Positions 9,977 through 20,092 of a DNA stretch of 64,000 nt are shown here, in pieces. The notes under the pieces were generated by a model that did no database searches, had not been told where the DNA came from, and saw only the letters and a program-made list of their open reading frames with translations. The position numbers were made by a program, and so were the translations under genes. The stretch spans positions 1 to 64,000 of the forward strand of contig CBDCCZ010000004.1 in assembly GCA_965215005.1 (NCBI GenBank), in the 5' to 3' direction. Within the stretch, counting starts at the first letter, position 1; each line of letters starts with the position of its first letter. The stretch comes from Kofleriaceae bacterium (GTDB lineage: Bacteria > Myxococcota_A > Polyangia > Haliangiales > Haliangiaceae).

Positions 9977-10431
9977 TGGGCTCCTAAGGTGAATTTAGTT
10001 GCAGATCTCGCGGGAGTCACGGGCTTGCTCGAGGTTCGTTAGCTGTTTACTATTTTGAAGCGGATGTCGTGCCAGATTTTGAAGCGGACGTCGTGCTAGA
10101 TTTCCAGAATCTGCGCTTCGACAACCTCGCCGAGGTACGTAATCTGAAGCTTTTATACTCGCGGTCGGTGAGTAGAAGGAGCTCAAGACCTATCATGATC
10201 GTGGAAAACGTGATCAATCCCATCATATATGCCACGCCTACATGAAAGGTAATACCTATTAGAATCCAAAGCGGGCGTAGACGTGAGAAGATAGCTATAG
10301 GAAACCACGCCTGGTAGATAGCCGGAATGTAAGTCATGAGTACGGTGACGGCTGGATGCCGGAAGAATATGCGAGTGCTAGGGAGTGAGAAATGTTCTAC
10401 CTGGGAAATTAGGTACATAGCAGTGCCGTTA

Positions 10432-11999
10432 GGGTGTAGTTCTGATCCTGCGCATCTCAGGCCGCAGCGGCGTCACCGCTTTCGAGACCACGCTGGACTG
10501 AAAGGCACCACGTTGGCTAGGACATGAACTTCAGCCTGGTAGTGCGCAGCGAGCAGTGCCCAGGCTTGGTCGAAACGCTCGCTTTGATCCCAGCCGCGTG
10601 CGGTAAGAATGGCTTGCGCGCCGTGGCCCCAGCGCATACCGCTGAGCTTGAGGCGCTGCGCAACGAGAGTCTTGCATGCGGCCTCAACGACGCCCGAGCC
10701 GATGGGTAGGCCCTCCGCTTTGAGCGCCGCGTACTGCATGCGACGCCGGTTCTTGCGGAAGTAGGCAGCACACTGGCGGAGCTTCTCTCGACGCGGGAAT
10801 CGGCGTCGGAGGTTGTCGAGCGCGCGGATGACTCGCTCCACCCCGCCATCATCGTCGCGCAGAATCTCACGGAGCTCTTCGAACCGCAGCCGAGCTTCTC
10901 GAGTGCCGTCGCCGTAGGCAGCGGCAATGGCAGCGTGCAGGTGCTCGGTGGCGTGGAAAAAGTCGAGCGCTTCCTCACCGTCGGGAAGCTCATTCGTGAG
11001 GAAGTTCCAGTTGTCGATCGCGCCGTCGGCGACTTTGACGACCTTGAGGTCGGGGCGCTGCCGAAGGACCGCCGTTAACTCGGCGATGAGCGACTCTTTA
11101 AGCGTTCGCTTCTTTGCCTCCGGTGCGCGCGCAATGCGGATCGCACCCAGCAGGTCTCCCTCGGAATCGCAGAACGAAACGGTACCGCATCCCACTTCAC
11201 GGTAGCCGGCGGGCCCTTTGCTGATACGGCCTTGTCGGGCGGCAGCGTTGCGCACCTCGCTTGGCCGCTTCCCGCCGTCTATGGGTGCTAGCACGCCGTC
11301 GAGCGATACGGCGACAGACGTCGTTCCTTCCGGGACGGTCAGGGCATCGCGGAGTGCGGCTTCGTGCGCCGCGCGGTCGGCCTCCCACCGCTCGCTCAGC
11401 AACTTCGGCAGCCGGTCGAGACTGCTCTTGGACGGATTCATGATTCCCAAGCGTCGAAGCGCCTCTTCGGCCTTCTGCGGCGTCATTTGCGAGACCAGCC
11501 AGAATCCTTGCTTGGCTGCGCGCGGCGTCCAGAAGTCGATCAACCCGAGCTTGGCCTCCATCGGGCTGACACTGCGCGCAGTATCGTCGTTGCGATCACG
11601 GTAGAGCCACCGCTCGACCGTCACCGGCCCAGCCGCCGTCATGTAGGTCTGCGCGGCGCGGAGCACTCGTCGGTGAACCTTGCCATCGATCTCGAGGGCT
11701 GCGGCGTCCACGTCGTGCGCGGCCATCACTTCGGCCGTCAGGTCACGCTCAAGCTCGAGCATCTTTTCCCGCAGCTCCGCCTCGACCTCCTCGAACCAGC
11801 CGGGCTTGAGATCCTTTTGCATCCGCTGAGCATCGACGAAGCCCATGATCTCTGCGACGCGATCGCTACGGGTTTTCGCCGTGGTGGTTGTACAAGGCGC
11901 GCTCTTTCGGGCGGTGGCTTTCTTGCTCATGCCCCTCTAACCAACTGAAATCGATCCGGATTCCCGGTGCGGCGCAAATTCAGGATTGGATCTACACCC
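10432..11999 (-). mobile_element. ISKra4-family insertion sequence (1568 bp)
   Basis: 19-bp imperfect IRs GGGTGTAGTTCTGATCCTG / GGGTGTAGATCCAATCCTG; 8-bp direct repeat TGCCGTTA at 10424-10431 and 12000-12007. Confidence 0.92.
10473..11930 (-). CDS. ISKra4-family DDE transposase
   Basis: SLDG, ADGA..NW, LDFFHATEHL, IGSGVVEAACK..RLKLSGMRW motifs. Confidence 0.9.
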   Translation of the reverse strand: MSKKATARKSAPCTTTTAKTRSDRVAEIMGFVDAQRMQKDLKPGWFEEVEAELREKMLELERDLTAEVMAAHDVDAAALEIDGKVHRRVLRAAQTYMTAAGPVTVERWLYRDRNDDTARSVSPMEAKLGLIDFWTPRAAKQGFWLVSQMTPQKAEEALRRLGIMNPSKSSLDRLPKLLSERWEADRAAHEAALRDALTVPEGTTSVAVSLDGVLAPIDGGKRPSEVRNAAARQGRISKGPAGYREVGCGTVSFCDSEGDLLGAIRIARAPEAKKRTLKESLIAELTAVLRQRPDLKVVKVADGAIDNWNFLTNELPDGEEALDFFHATEHLHAAIAAAYGDGTREARLRFEELREILRDDDGGVERVIRALDNLRRRFPRREKLRQCAAYFRKNRRRMQYAALKAEGLPIGSGVVEAACKTLVAQRLKLSGMRWGHGAQAILTARGWDQSERFDQAWALLAAHYQAEVHVLANVVPFSPAWSRKR

Positions 12000-12541
12000 T
12001 GCCGTTACGCCACGTAGCTCCTGCGAGCTTCATGAACCCGGCCGTGGCATACAGTATCATCGTCTGAACTGCGATGGCTCCGACGGCGAGGTTGTGGAGC
12101 CACGTTAGAAGCGAATTGGGAGGCGGGCTACGGCCATAGGGAAGAGTAAGAGCTAAGTAGAAAAGAGCAAGTTGAGCAATGTTATCGCCTCCATCTCCTA
12201 ACACCGGGCAGCGGAGTTCGATAATCTTAAACAGTAGCGCTGCGGCAATGGTGGAAAGTCGCGTGCTTATGTTGAGGATCAGGGCGAGGGCTGCGCCACC
12301 GAGTGCAATTAGCAGTACATGGGTACCGATGCTCGTCGAGAAAATGCTGTCGAGGCGCGAGCCGAGCCAGTCGCCGAAGAAAATATTGGTGCTGCCATAG
12401 ACGACCGCTTTAGGTCCCCAGAAGTAGTCGGCATATCTCAGCTCGGTCGTGAGCCGGATCAAAAGTGCTGCAGCTATAAAGATCTGCAGGAGTCGGACTC
12501 CGACGCGGTGGCGAGGCTCCAGCGAGAGCCATTTACTCAGG

Positions 12542-13222
12542 TCACGTAGCATCGAAGTTAACTGCCATAAATGTTGCGGGTGCCACGTCGCGCTGAACTG
12601 GTAAATGTCCAACGTCTACATCAATTGAAGCCGGCAGGGCAGTCTCTCTGTCTATCCATGGCACTGCCGCGCGTGCTCTCACTCTGAGGCGCACATTCGA
12701 CGCGCCAGCTGTGGCTGGATTGGCCAAACAGACAGCGGATGCGATTCGCGCCAGTTTCTTCGACGCCTCGGCTCGAACAAGCTCACGATGTCGGAGGAGT
12801 TGTTGGCATGACGCGCCCTCTTTGGAAGTGCATGCGGCATTCATGTATTCAAGCTCGGGTCCACCACCAGCGATAAAGCGGCGCATGGTTGTCATCTGAA
12901 TACGCGCGAGACGATCATAGGCTGACAGGCGATGGACTTGATGATGAGCAGTAAGTGGACCGGTTAGATCCGTCCACTCGGTTGGCTTTGCGCTGTGTTC
13001 TCCGGTTTCGTCGGATTCGCATCGCGCAAGCAACGAGTAGTCGCTCATGATCGGAACCGGAGCAAAGAGGTTCCAGTTCTGTGGGAAGAACCGAACGTAT
13101 ACTTTGTTGAGGACGTACCAGAGCTCGGCATGAAGGGGATTCGCGGGTGCCACATAGAGTGCCGTGAAGAAGAAGTGAACGGCGAACGCCGCCAAAAGTA
13201 GTGTTTTGCCTACTCTGCGCAT
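12542..13222 (-). CDS. SdpA-like (DUF5819-type) protein
   Basis: N-terminal TM then HFFFTALYVAPANP...FFPQNWNLFAPVP, EWTDLT; overlaps the start of the HTTM gene. Confidence 0.8.
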   Translation of the reverse strand: MRRVGKTLLLAAFAVHFFFTALYVAPANPLHAELWYVLNKVYVRFFPQNWNLFAPVPIMSDYSLLARCESDETGEHSAKPTEWTDLTGPLTAHHQVHRLSAYDRLARIQMTTMRRFIAGGGPELEYMNAACTSKEGASCQQLLRHRELVRAEASKKLARIASAVCLANPATAGASNVRLRVRARAAVPWIDRETALPASIDVDVGHLPVQRDVAPATFMAVNFDAT

Positions 13223-13266
13223 GAATCATGATTCCGTCTAGTCGAGCTCTGATACGTCAAATCTCA

Positions 13267-13662
13267 CTATCTAGGCTTACAGGTTGTGTCTCCTGGAGTG
13301 CAATTCCCGCCACCACCCGAGCCGCCATAAACAGCGTTGGATACCGCGTATGACGCAAATCCGCCCACTGCGCCGGCGAAACCGCCTACGGCGCCGCCGA
13401 CCGCGGCGCCACCGAAGCCGCAACTGACGCCACCTCCAACGGCGCCTCCGACTGCCCCGGCGACTCCCCCTTCTATTGCGGCGCGATGGGCGTCTGCCCA
13501 GAAGTTAGGTTCTATGTGATTCTCGATGGAGGTTACGGGGATAGCTTGGTCGCTGGAAATTTTGGCCGCGGCAATGGGCGGCGTTGCCGTAGCCACGACA
13601 AGTACACTCAATGCTAGGGCCGTCGCGCCCCAGCGGAAGGATATCTTTTTTGGAATGTTCAT
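13267..13662 (-). CDS. Secreted glycine-zipper bacteriocin/toxin-like precursor (131 aa)
   Basis: AGGAGA RBS before ATG 13662; Sec-like signal; (G/A)xxxG zipper GGVAGAVGGAVGGG...GGAVGGFAGAVGG; three Cys; first gene of the sdpAB-like operon. Confidence 0.75.
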   Translation of the reverse strand: MNIPKKISFRWGATALALSVLVVATATPPIAAAKISSDQAIPVTSIENHIEPNFWADAHRAAIEGGVAGAVGGAVGGGVSCGFGGAAVGGAVGGFAGAVGGFASYAVSNAVYGGSGGGGNCTPGDTTCKPR

Positions 13663-14201
13663 CTGAATGTCTCCTATGGTGTCGCTCGTGTTGTCACTTC
13701 TACGGATGGTTACGTGCTGCGGCGAGCCGCTCCTGGAAGTTCGACGCGCTCGTGGGAAAGGTGCACCTCGCAGCGCGGACTTAGCAAAAGCCATACCTCG
13801 TGGGGCACCTCACTAAGTGACCGCAATCGCTGAGGTGAGAGCCTGGATCGGAACGATCTGGAGCGCGTGTGGTGAACCAGGTGCTGTTACGATTGTTTCG
13901 CTGCGGTTGACTCCCCAGGCTGTCTCGACCGCGCGGATGAAGCGACGACGTCTGGCGCAAGCTGAAGAGGTGCTGTCGGGCGAGGATTTTGGTCGTGGCA
14001 GACGTTGAGCGAGGTGCTGCGGAGGATTGCGCGAGGGACAGAGATGTTGATCGGTGCGGGCTCGATTGAGAACGCGAGGTCGCACAAATCTGGTGAACGG
14101 TTGTGAGTGGATGGATTGGCGGCGTCTGCCGGAATTTGCCGGCGGTCGTGATAGGGCTGTGGGCGTGCGGCCGCCTTGGGCGGCGCGAGGAGGAGCGTTT
14201 G

Positions 14202-16826
14202 ATGCGAGCTTTCGATGTTGCTTGGGGTGGAGCTTCAGCCAAGGCACTTTTCGGACTTTGTCTCGTCGGCGCGCTCGGCGTTGGCGGCTGCAGTGATGAC
14301 ACGGACACCTCGGGCGCGGGGGAGCAGCCGGATGCGGGCGAGCAACCGGGGGATCCGGATGCGGGCGAGCAGCCGGATGCGGGCGAGCAACCGGGGGATC
14401 CGGATGCGGGCGAGCAGCCGGATGCGGGCGAGCAACCGGGGGATCCGGATGCGGGCGAGCAGCCGGGGGATCCAGATGCGGGATCGGGGTCGCTTTCTAT
14501 TTCAGGTTCGGTTCGCGGGTACACGGCGTCGGCCGTGGACTCCGATGTCAATGATCCAGCGGCGCCGTTCGCCGACAACAATCGTCCGACGAGTGCGCAA
14601 TCTTTGACGGCACCGTTCACGGTTGGCGGCTACGCCAATGTTCCTGGCGCCGGCGCGGCGGGGCGCAGCAGAGATGCGGGCGATGTCGTGGATGTCTATC
14701 GCTTCACGGCGCGCGCGAATCAGCTGGTGTTTCTCTCGTATGATCCGCAAGATCCGCCGGGACCGCTCGACGCTGCCGCTGCACTGCAGATTTACCTGCT
14801 GAAGCTTGACGGGACGCCTGCCACCAATCGCGACGGCTTCATCATTGAAGGCGCGATGCAGGGACACTCGCTGCGCTACTTGTTCGTTGAAGAGGCCGGC
14901 GACTATCTGGTCATGGTCGAAGCAATTCGCGGCGCCTCTAGCTATGTGCTGGTTGCCGACGAGCTGCGCGGCCAGAATCCGTTTGCGCCACCGGCAGGGT
15001 ACGCGCCGGGCGAGGTCGTAGTGCGTGCTGCCGGCGTGCGTGCTGGCGCCGCATTGCGAGGGCTTCAGCACGCTGCGGGCGCGCCTGCGCGAGAAATGCT
15101 CTACAACTTCGACCAATCAGCACCCGCACGCCTGTTGCGTGAGCTTGGCGCCTCGCACCTGCGCGCGCCGCAAACCCGCAGCACACCAGAGCTGCGCGGA
15201 CCGCTCACGCCGCGTACGGTCGCGATGCTGCTGCAGGGCGATCCACGGGTTCAAGACGCCTCTCCCAACTACCTCGTCAAGCCGCTCTTTGTCCCCAATG
15301 ACCCTCGGTTTGGTGAACAATGGGGTTGGCGCAACATCGGCGCGGAAGCGGCGTGGGACAGCGCCAATGGCAGCGGCGTCATCGTCGCCGTTATCGACAC
15401 CGGCAGTCAGCTCAACCACGAGGATCTGGCGAGCAATCTAGTCGCCGGCTACGACTTCGTGCGCAATGCAGCCAACTCCGGCGATGGTGACGGTCTCGAT
15501 CCTCGCCCTCAAGACGAAAACCGTTGGATGGCCCATGGTGCGCATGTAAGCGGCACGATCGCGGCGGTCACTAATAACGGTATCGGCGTGGCCGGTTTGG
15601 CGTGGGGCGCCAAGGTCATGCCGCTGCGCGCGCTGGGAATCAACGGCGGCACGGAGTATGACGTGGGTCAAGCGCTGCGCTTCGCTGCGGGCTTGGACAA
15701 TGACTCGGGCACCGTTCCGCCGCAACCGGCTCGCGTCATCAACATGAGCCTCGGCGGCGGCGAGAGCAGCGCGTGGTTTCAGCGCGCGGTTTACGATGTT
15801 ACCCGCGCCGGCACGATTGTGGTGGCCGCAGCGGGCAACGACAACAGTGACGGACCCGCGTATCCCGCCTGGTATCAACATGTCATCTCTGTCGCTTCCA
15901 CTGATCAGCGCGACGCAAAGTCGTCGTTTTCGAATCACGGGTCGCAGATCGATCTCGCGGCGCCGGGCTCGCGGATTCTCAGCACCTGGAACGCGGGCTA
16001 TGTCAGCATCGATGGAACCTCCATGGCATGTCCGCACGCAGCGGCGTGGGTGGCCTTGATGCTCAGCGCCAATCCCGCACTCACCCCGGCCGATATCGAT
16101 GACATCATTGCCAATGAAGATGTCTTCACAGACCTCGGTGCGCCAGGCCGCGACAACTTCTTTGGCCGCGGACTCATCGACGCCACGAAGGCGGTTGCAG
16201 TTGCGTCCGGATACGCGGCGGGCAAGCCGGTCGTCATTCCCGAGCTCGCGCTTTCGGCGGATCAAATTGTTCTCGGCCCAACGCAGTCGACGGCGACCAT
16301 CACCGGCAGCAACATCGGCGAAGGCATATTAGAGGTCTCCTCTGCGGCGGCGGGCGATCCTTGGCTACAGGCAAATCTCAACACCAGCGGCGGCAACATG
16401 TCGCTTTCGGTAACGGTAGATCGCGCAGCGCTAGCGATGGCTGGTGTCTACGAGACGGAGGTGACGTTGCAAACTTCCGCAGGTGTCATGCTGGTCCCGG
16501 TTATCGTTGTCTCGCGACCGCTTGGCTCGCCTGCTGAGCTGGGGCAGCAGTATGCGACGCTCCTCGATGAGGCCGGTAGCCGCGTTGCTTCCACTCCGCT
16601 CACCGGTGGTGCGTTCACTTTCGTCGACCTTGCCGCAGGTACTTACCAAGTCCACGTCGGCTCGGATCTGGACAACGACGCGATGATCTGCACCCGTGGC
16701 GAGAGCTGCGGTGCAAACGGCGGCATCGAGTCGCTGCAGCCGATCGTGCTCGCAGATCAGCCGATTGCTGGCGTCGAAATCCTCTCTGACTGGCTCTTTG
16801 TGAGCCCTTTCTCCATCGCTCGCTAA
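14202..16826 (+). CDS. S8 subtilisin-like serine peptidase, lipoprotein
   Basis: VAVIDTG, HGAHVSGTI, AAAGN, GTSMACPH catalytic motifs; lipobox-like VGGC; AGGAGG RBS. Confidence 0.92.
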   Translation: MRAFDVAWGGASAKALFGLCLVGALGVGGCSDDTDTSGAGEQPDAGEQPGDPDAGEQPDAGEQPGDPDAGEQPDAGEQPGDPDAGEQPGDPDAGSGSLSISGSVRGYTASAVDSDVNDPAAPFADNNRPTSAQSLTAPFTVGGYANVPGAGAAGRSRDAGDVVDVYRFTARANQLVFLSYDPQDPPGPLDAAAALQIYLLKLDGTPATNRDGFIIEGAMQGHSLRYLFVEEAGDYLVMVEAIRGASSYVLVADELRGQNPFAPPAGYAPGEVVVRAAGVRAGAALRGLQHAAGAPAREMLYNFDQSAPARLLRELGASHLRAPQTRSTPELRGPLTPRTVAMLLQGDPRVQDASPNYLVKPLFVPNDPRFGEQWGWRNIGAEAAWDSANGSGVIVAVIDTGSQLNHEDLASNLVAGYDFVRNAANSGDGDGLDPRPQDENRWMAHGAHVSGTIAAVTNNGIGVAGLAWGAKVMPLRALGINGGTEYDVGQALRFAAGLDNDSGTVPPQPARVINMSLGGGESSAWFQRAVYDVTRAGTIVVAAAGNDNSDGPAYPAWYQHVISVASTDQRDAKSSFSNHGSQIDLAAPGSRILSTWNAGYVSIDGTSMACPHAAAWVALMLSANPALTPADIDDIIANEDVFTDLGAPGRDNFFGRGLIDATKAVAVASGYAAGKPVVIPELALSADQIVLGPTQSTATITGSNIGEGILEVSSAAAGDPWLQANLNTSGGNMSLSVTVDRAALAMAGVYETEVTLQTSAGVMLVPVIVVSRPLGSPAELGQQYATLLDEAGSRVASTPLTGGAFTFVDLAAGTYQVHVGSDLDNDAMICTRGESCGANGGIESLQPIVLADQPIAGVEILSDWLFVSPFSIAR
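14316..14477 (+). repeat. In-frame 45-bp tandem repeat x3 plus a partial copy, encoding (AGEQPDAGEQPGDPD)n linker
   Basis: Units start at 14316, 14361, 14406 and 14451 (partial). Confidence 0.9.
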
Positions 16827-17034
16827 AGCACCTACGGCGCGAGCGATTGCCTGCAGTCGACCCAGCCGTCGCGCATCGGCGGCTGGGATGACTGCTCTTG
16901 ACTGCCCTCCTGCCCACGCGCAGTCGCGCCATTGCACCGGCGCGGCGGTTGCGGGCACGGGCTTGCTCCGGCACAGTGCAGCCGATGTTTGGCCACGGCT
17001 CGAGGCTCGGTTGGCGCGATCTGGCGAGGCCCGT

Positions 17035-18411
17035 ATGAGCGGGCCAGCCATCGAGCTGCGTTTCGTCGGCGGGACGATCGAGGTGCGTGGACTTGCGCGT
17101 GATGCGGCGGGGCTTGCGGAGGTCGGCGCGCGGTGGGATGGACGAACGGCGTGTTTTCGCGCTCCAGCGGTCGGGTACGCGCCTATCGTCATGGCGCTGC
17201 GTCGGGCTGGTCTTGAGTATGAAGACAACGCTCGTCGCTATGGATCGCTTGCCGAGGGGCTGCACGTGCGACGGGCGCCGCGCCCTTTTCAGAGCGAGGC
17301 GCTGGCGGCATGGCGCGCTGCGCGCAATCAAGGCGTGGTGGTGCTGCCGACGGGCGCGGGCAAGACGTATGTCGCGCAGCTGGCCATCGATGCGGTGCGG
17401 CGTGACACCTTGGTCGTGGCGCCCACCCTGAGCCTGGTTGCACAGTGGCATCGGCTGTTATCTACGAGCTTTCGCCGCGAGGTCGGCGTGGTCGGCGGTG
17501 GCGAATACAGGCTGGCTCCCATTACGGTAACTACCTACGACTCCGCACATCTTTACTTGCAAGAGCTCGGCGATCGCTTTGGTCTAGTCGTCTTCGACGA
17601 GTGTCATCATCTGCCAAGTGATGCGTACAGCTTGGCAGCTCGTTCTTGCTTGGCACCCTTCCGACTGGGTCTCACGGCAACGCCCGAGCGTGCCGACGGC
17701 CGCGAAGCGCTCTTCGAGGAGCTGGTAGGGCCACTGGTGTATCGCCGCGACGTGACCGAGCTGGCGGGGGAGTACCTTGCGGAGTATCGGGTCGAGCAAA
17801 TTCTCGTTGACCTAGCGCCGGAAGAGCGTGTGGCGTACGATGAAGCTCGCGCGATTTACCGGGCCTTCGTCGCCAAACAGGGCATTCGCATGGCGAGTGG
17901 CGGTTGGTCGGAGTTCATCATGCGCTCTTCTCTGAGCGCTGAGGGACGCGAAGCGATGCGCGCATATTTGCGCCAAAAGCACCTGGCCTTCGCGGCGCCT
18001 TCCAAGCTTACCTACGTCGAGCACCTCTTGCATCAACATCGGCGCGACCGGGTGCTGCTGTTTACAGACCGCAACGCTGCGGCCTACGAAATGGCGCGAC
18101 GTTTCCTCTTACCAGTAATCACGCATCAGACCAAGGTCACCGAGCGCACGCAGATCCTTTCCGACTTTGGTGAGGGGAACTACACGGCTTTGGCTACGTC
18201 CAAAGTCCTCAATGAAGGCGTGGATCTGCCAGCCGCTAACGTGGGAATCATCATTTCGGGAAGCGGATCGGTGCGAGAGCACGTGCAGCGACTCGGGCGA
18301 ATCCTGCGCAAGCAGGGCGATAAGCAGGCAGTGCTCTATGAGCTCGTCGCTGCCGACACCGCCGAGGTTTACACCAGCAGCAGGCGACGAGAGCACAATG
18401 CTTACCGCTGA
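17035..18411 (+). CDS. XPB/Rad25-like SF2 helicase (ResIII + helicase C)
   Basis: LPTGAGKT, DECHH, GLTATPER, EGVD, QRLGRILR motifs. Confidence 0.9.
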   Translation: MSGPAIELRFVGGTIEVRGLARDAAGLAEVGARWDGRTACFRAPAVGYAPIVMALRRAGLEYEDNARRYGSLAEGLHVRRAPRPFQSEALAAWRAARNQGVVVLPTGAGKTYVAQLAIDAVRRDTLVVAPTLSLVAQWHRLLSTSFRREVGVVGGGEYRLAPITVTTYDSAHLYLQELGDRFGLVVFDECHHLPSDAYSLAARSCLAPFRLGLTATPERADGREALFEELVGPLVYRRDVTELAGEYLAEYRVEQILVDLAPEERVAYDEARAIYRAFVAKQGIRMASGGWSEFIMRSSLSAEGREAMRAYLRQKHLAFAAPSKLTYVEHLLHQHRRDRVLLFTDRNAAAYEMARRFLLPVITHQTKVTERTQILSDFGEGNYTALATSKVLNEGVDLPAANVGIIISGSGSVREHVQRLGRILRKQGDKQAVLYELVAADTAEVYTSSRRREHNAYR

Positions 18412-19624
18412 CCTGGTACGGGTGCGGCGTCGCGGCGGGCGCATTGAGGTGCGCGCGCTGCGCGATGCCGAGCGCGAGCGAATGCTTCGCGTTGCCGACG
18501 CATATGTGGCGCTGGCTAACGAATATGTGGGGAGCACCCGCGGTGAGTTGGAGGAAGCCTGGGATGAAGTACCCAATAAAGCAACCGACTACAAACTCAT
18601 CAAAGGGCTTCGTAAGCTGCTCCGCGACCGTTGCCAGTTCGAGCCGCCGAGCGCGGTCGATCCGGTGGCGCTGCGCCGCGAGGTCTTTGTGCGCGCCGCG
18701 GCGGCTCGCGCCGCTTTGTCGGATGATGAGCGGCTCGCGACTGACGCCATTTTGGCTGTGACCGCCCGTGATTATGGTCTCGAGCCCGATGCGGCGCAGG
18801 CGGCATTGTTCGCCGATCTGCGCGAGCACCACCGATTCATTGCTTTCGAAGCCATTTCCGGTGAGGCGTTGGTGCACTCCTACGAGCTGGCACAGCAGCA
18901 GGCAGTGCTGCTTCGTGCCGTTCGCGTCGAGCTCGAGCTCGTCTGTCGCGACGCTGAGAGCTATAGGCAGTTCTTTCGCAAGCTCAAGTTTCGTCGACTG
19001 CTGTATCGTATGGAGCGCGCGAGTGCCGGCTATCGCATCGTTGTCGATGGTCCTCTGAGCTTATTTCAATCGGTCACCAAGTACGGCTTGCAGCTTGCGC
19101 TCATGCTCCCGGTGCTGCAGGAAGCGGGCACTTGGCGACTAGCTGCGGACGTTCGCTGGGGCAAGAGCAACGAGATCGTGCGCTTCGAGCTCGAGGGCAT
19201 GGCCGCTACGGGCGCCGCTTCTGCGGCACTCGTGCCTGATGACGTGGCGCAGCTGCAGCGAGCATTCGACGAGCTAAGCGGGCCTTGGCGCGCATCATTG
19301 GCGGATGAGATCCTCGAGCTTCCCGGGGTTGGGCTTTGCGTTCCCGATCTAGTGTTTCACCACGAGTCGTCTGGGCAGCGGGTGTTTCTCGAGGTGATGG
19401 GGTATTGGAGCCGTCGCGCGGTGTGGCAGCGCGTGGAGCTAGTGCAAGCAGGGTTGGCGCAGCCCATCGTCTTCGCCGTGAGTCGTCGACTTCGGGTCAG
19501 CGAGGAAGTGCTCGATGCCGACTTGCCCGGCCAGCTCTACGTCTATAAAGGGGTAATGAGTGCGCGTTCGATTCTCGAGCGTCTCGAGGCGTTGGTGTCG
19601 CCTGCGCCAAACGAGAACGCCTAA
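18398..19624 (+). CDS. DUF790 / Bax1-like nuclease
   Basis: MLTADL start overlapping the helicase 3' end; DGPLSLF..KYG..LA, VPDL...LEVMGYW (PD-(D/E)xK-like) motifs. Confidence 0.85.
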   Translation: MLTADLVRVRRRGGRIEVRALRDAERERMLRVADAYVALANEYVGSTRGELEEAWDEVPNKATDYKLIKGLRKLLRDRCQFEPPSAVDPVALRREVFVRAAAARAALSDDERLATDAILAVTARDYGLEPDAAQAALFADLREHHRFIAFEAISGEALVHSYELAQQQAVLLRAVRVELELVCRDAESYRQFFRKLKFRRLLYRMERASAGYRIVVDGPLSLFQSVTKYGLQLALMLPVLQEAGTWRLAADVRWGKSNEIVRFELEGMAATGAASAALVPDDVAQLQRAFDELSGPWRASLADEILELPGVGLCVPDLVFHHESSGQRVFLEVMGYWSRRAVWQRVELVQAGLAQPIVFAVSRRLRVSEEVLDADLPGQLYVYKGVMSARSILERLEALVSPAPNENA

Positions 19625-19625
19625 C

Positions 19626-20042
19626 TCAGCGCAAGCGCGCGTGGACATCGCGGCGGACCACGGTGCTGCCGACGGGGGCGAACGCAATCAGCGCTAGCTT
19701 GAGATGTTGAAAAGCAAACGGGATGCCGATGATGGTGACGAAATTGGCCACGGCTGCCGTGAGATGTCCGAGCGCTAACCACCAGCCGGCAATCAAGATC
19801 CACAAGATGTTGCCAATCAGGCCGAGCGCGCCGGTGCCGAGGTCTTCATGGCCGTAGGCGTCTCGGCGCATGGCTTCGCGCCCAAACGGGAAGAACGAGA
19901 ACGTGCCGATAACGAAGCACGAGCGCGCCCACGGGATGCCGATAATGGTGATGACCATCAGGATCCCGGCGAACCACCATGCAAGACCCATCCAAACGCC
20001 GCCGAGGAGGAACCAGAGGAGATTGAGGAGCGCGTTGATCAC
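19626..20042 (-). CDS. yccF: YccF-domain inner membrane protein
   Basis: Two repeats of N(L/I)LW..(G/A)G.W...TIIGIP(W/F)A. Confidence 0.88.
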   Translation of the reverse strand: MINALLNLLWFLLGGVWMGLAWWFAGILMVITIIGIPWARSCFVIGTFSFFPFGREAMRRDAYGHEDLGTGALGLIGNILWILIAGWWLALGHLTAAVANFVTIIGIPFAFQHLKLALIAFAPVGSTVVRRDVHARLR

Positions 20043-20092
20043 CGCTGCAGCGTAGCAGCTTGTATCGCCGCCGGCCTGCTCTCGCCGAGCGC

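Larger units (their letters stand above)
10050..12552 (-). pseudogene. HTTM-domain / SdpB-like membrane protein interrupted by an IS
   Basis: Removing 10432-11999 plus one TSD copy gives a 927-bp ORF reading ...DGGDNIAQ...YATAGFMKLAGATWRNGTAMY...FHVGVAYMMGLITFS. Confidence 0.88.

Noticed and set aside
10055..10104. 24-bp duplication (TTSASK x2) at the HTTM gene 3' end
   Set aside because: Only two copies in a low-complexity tail; no further structure
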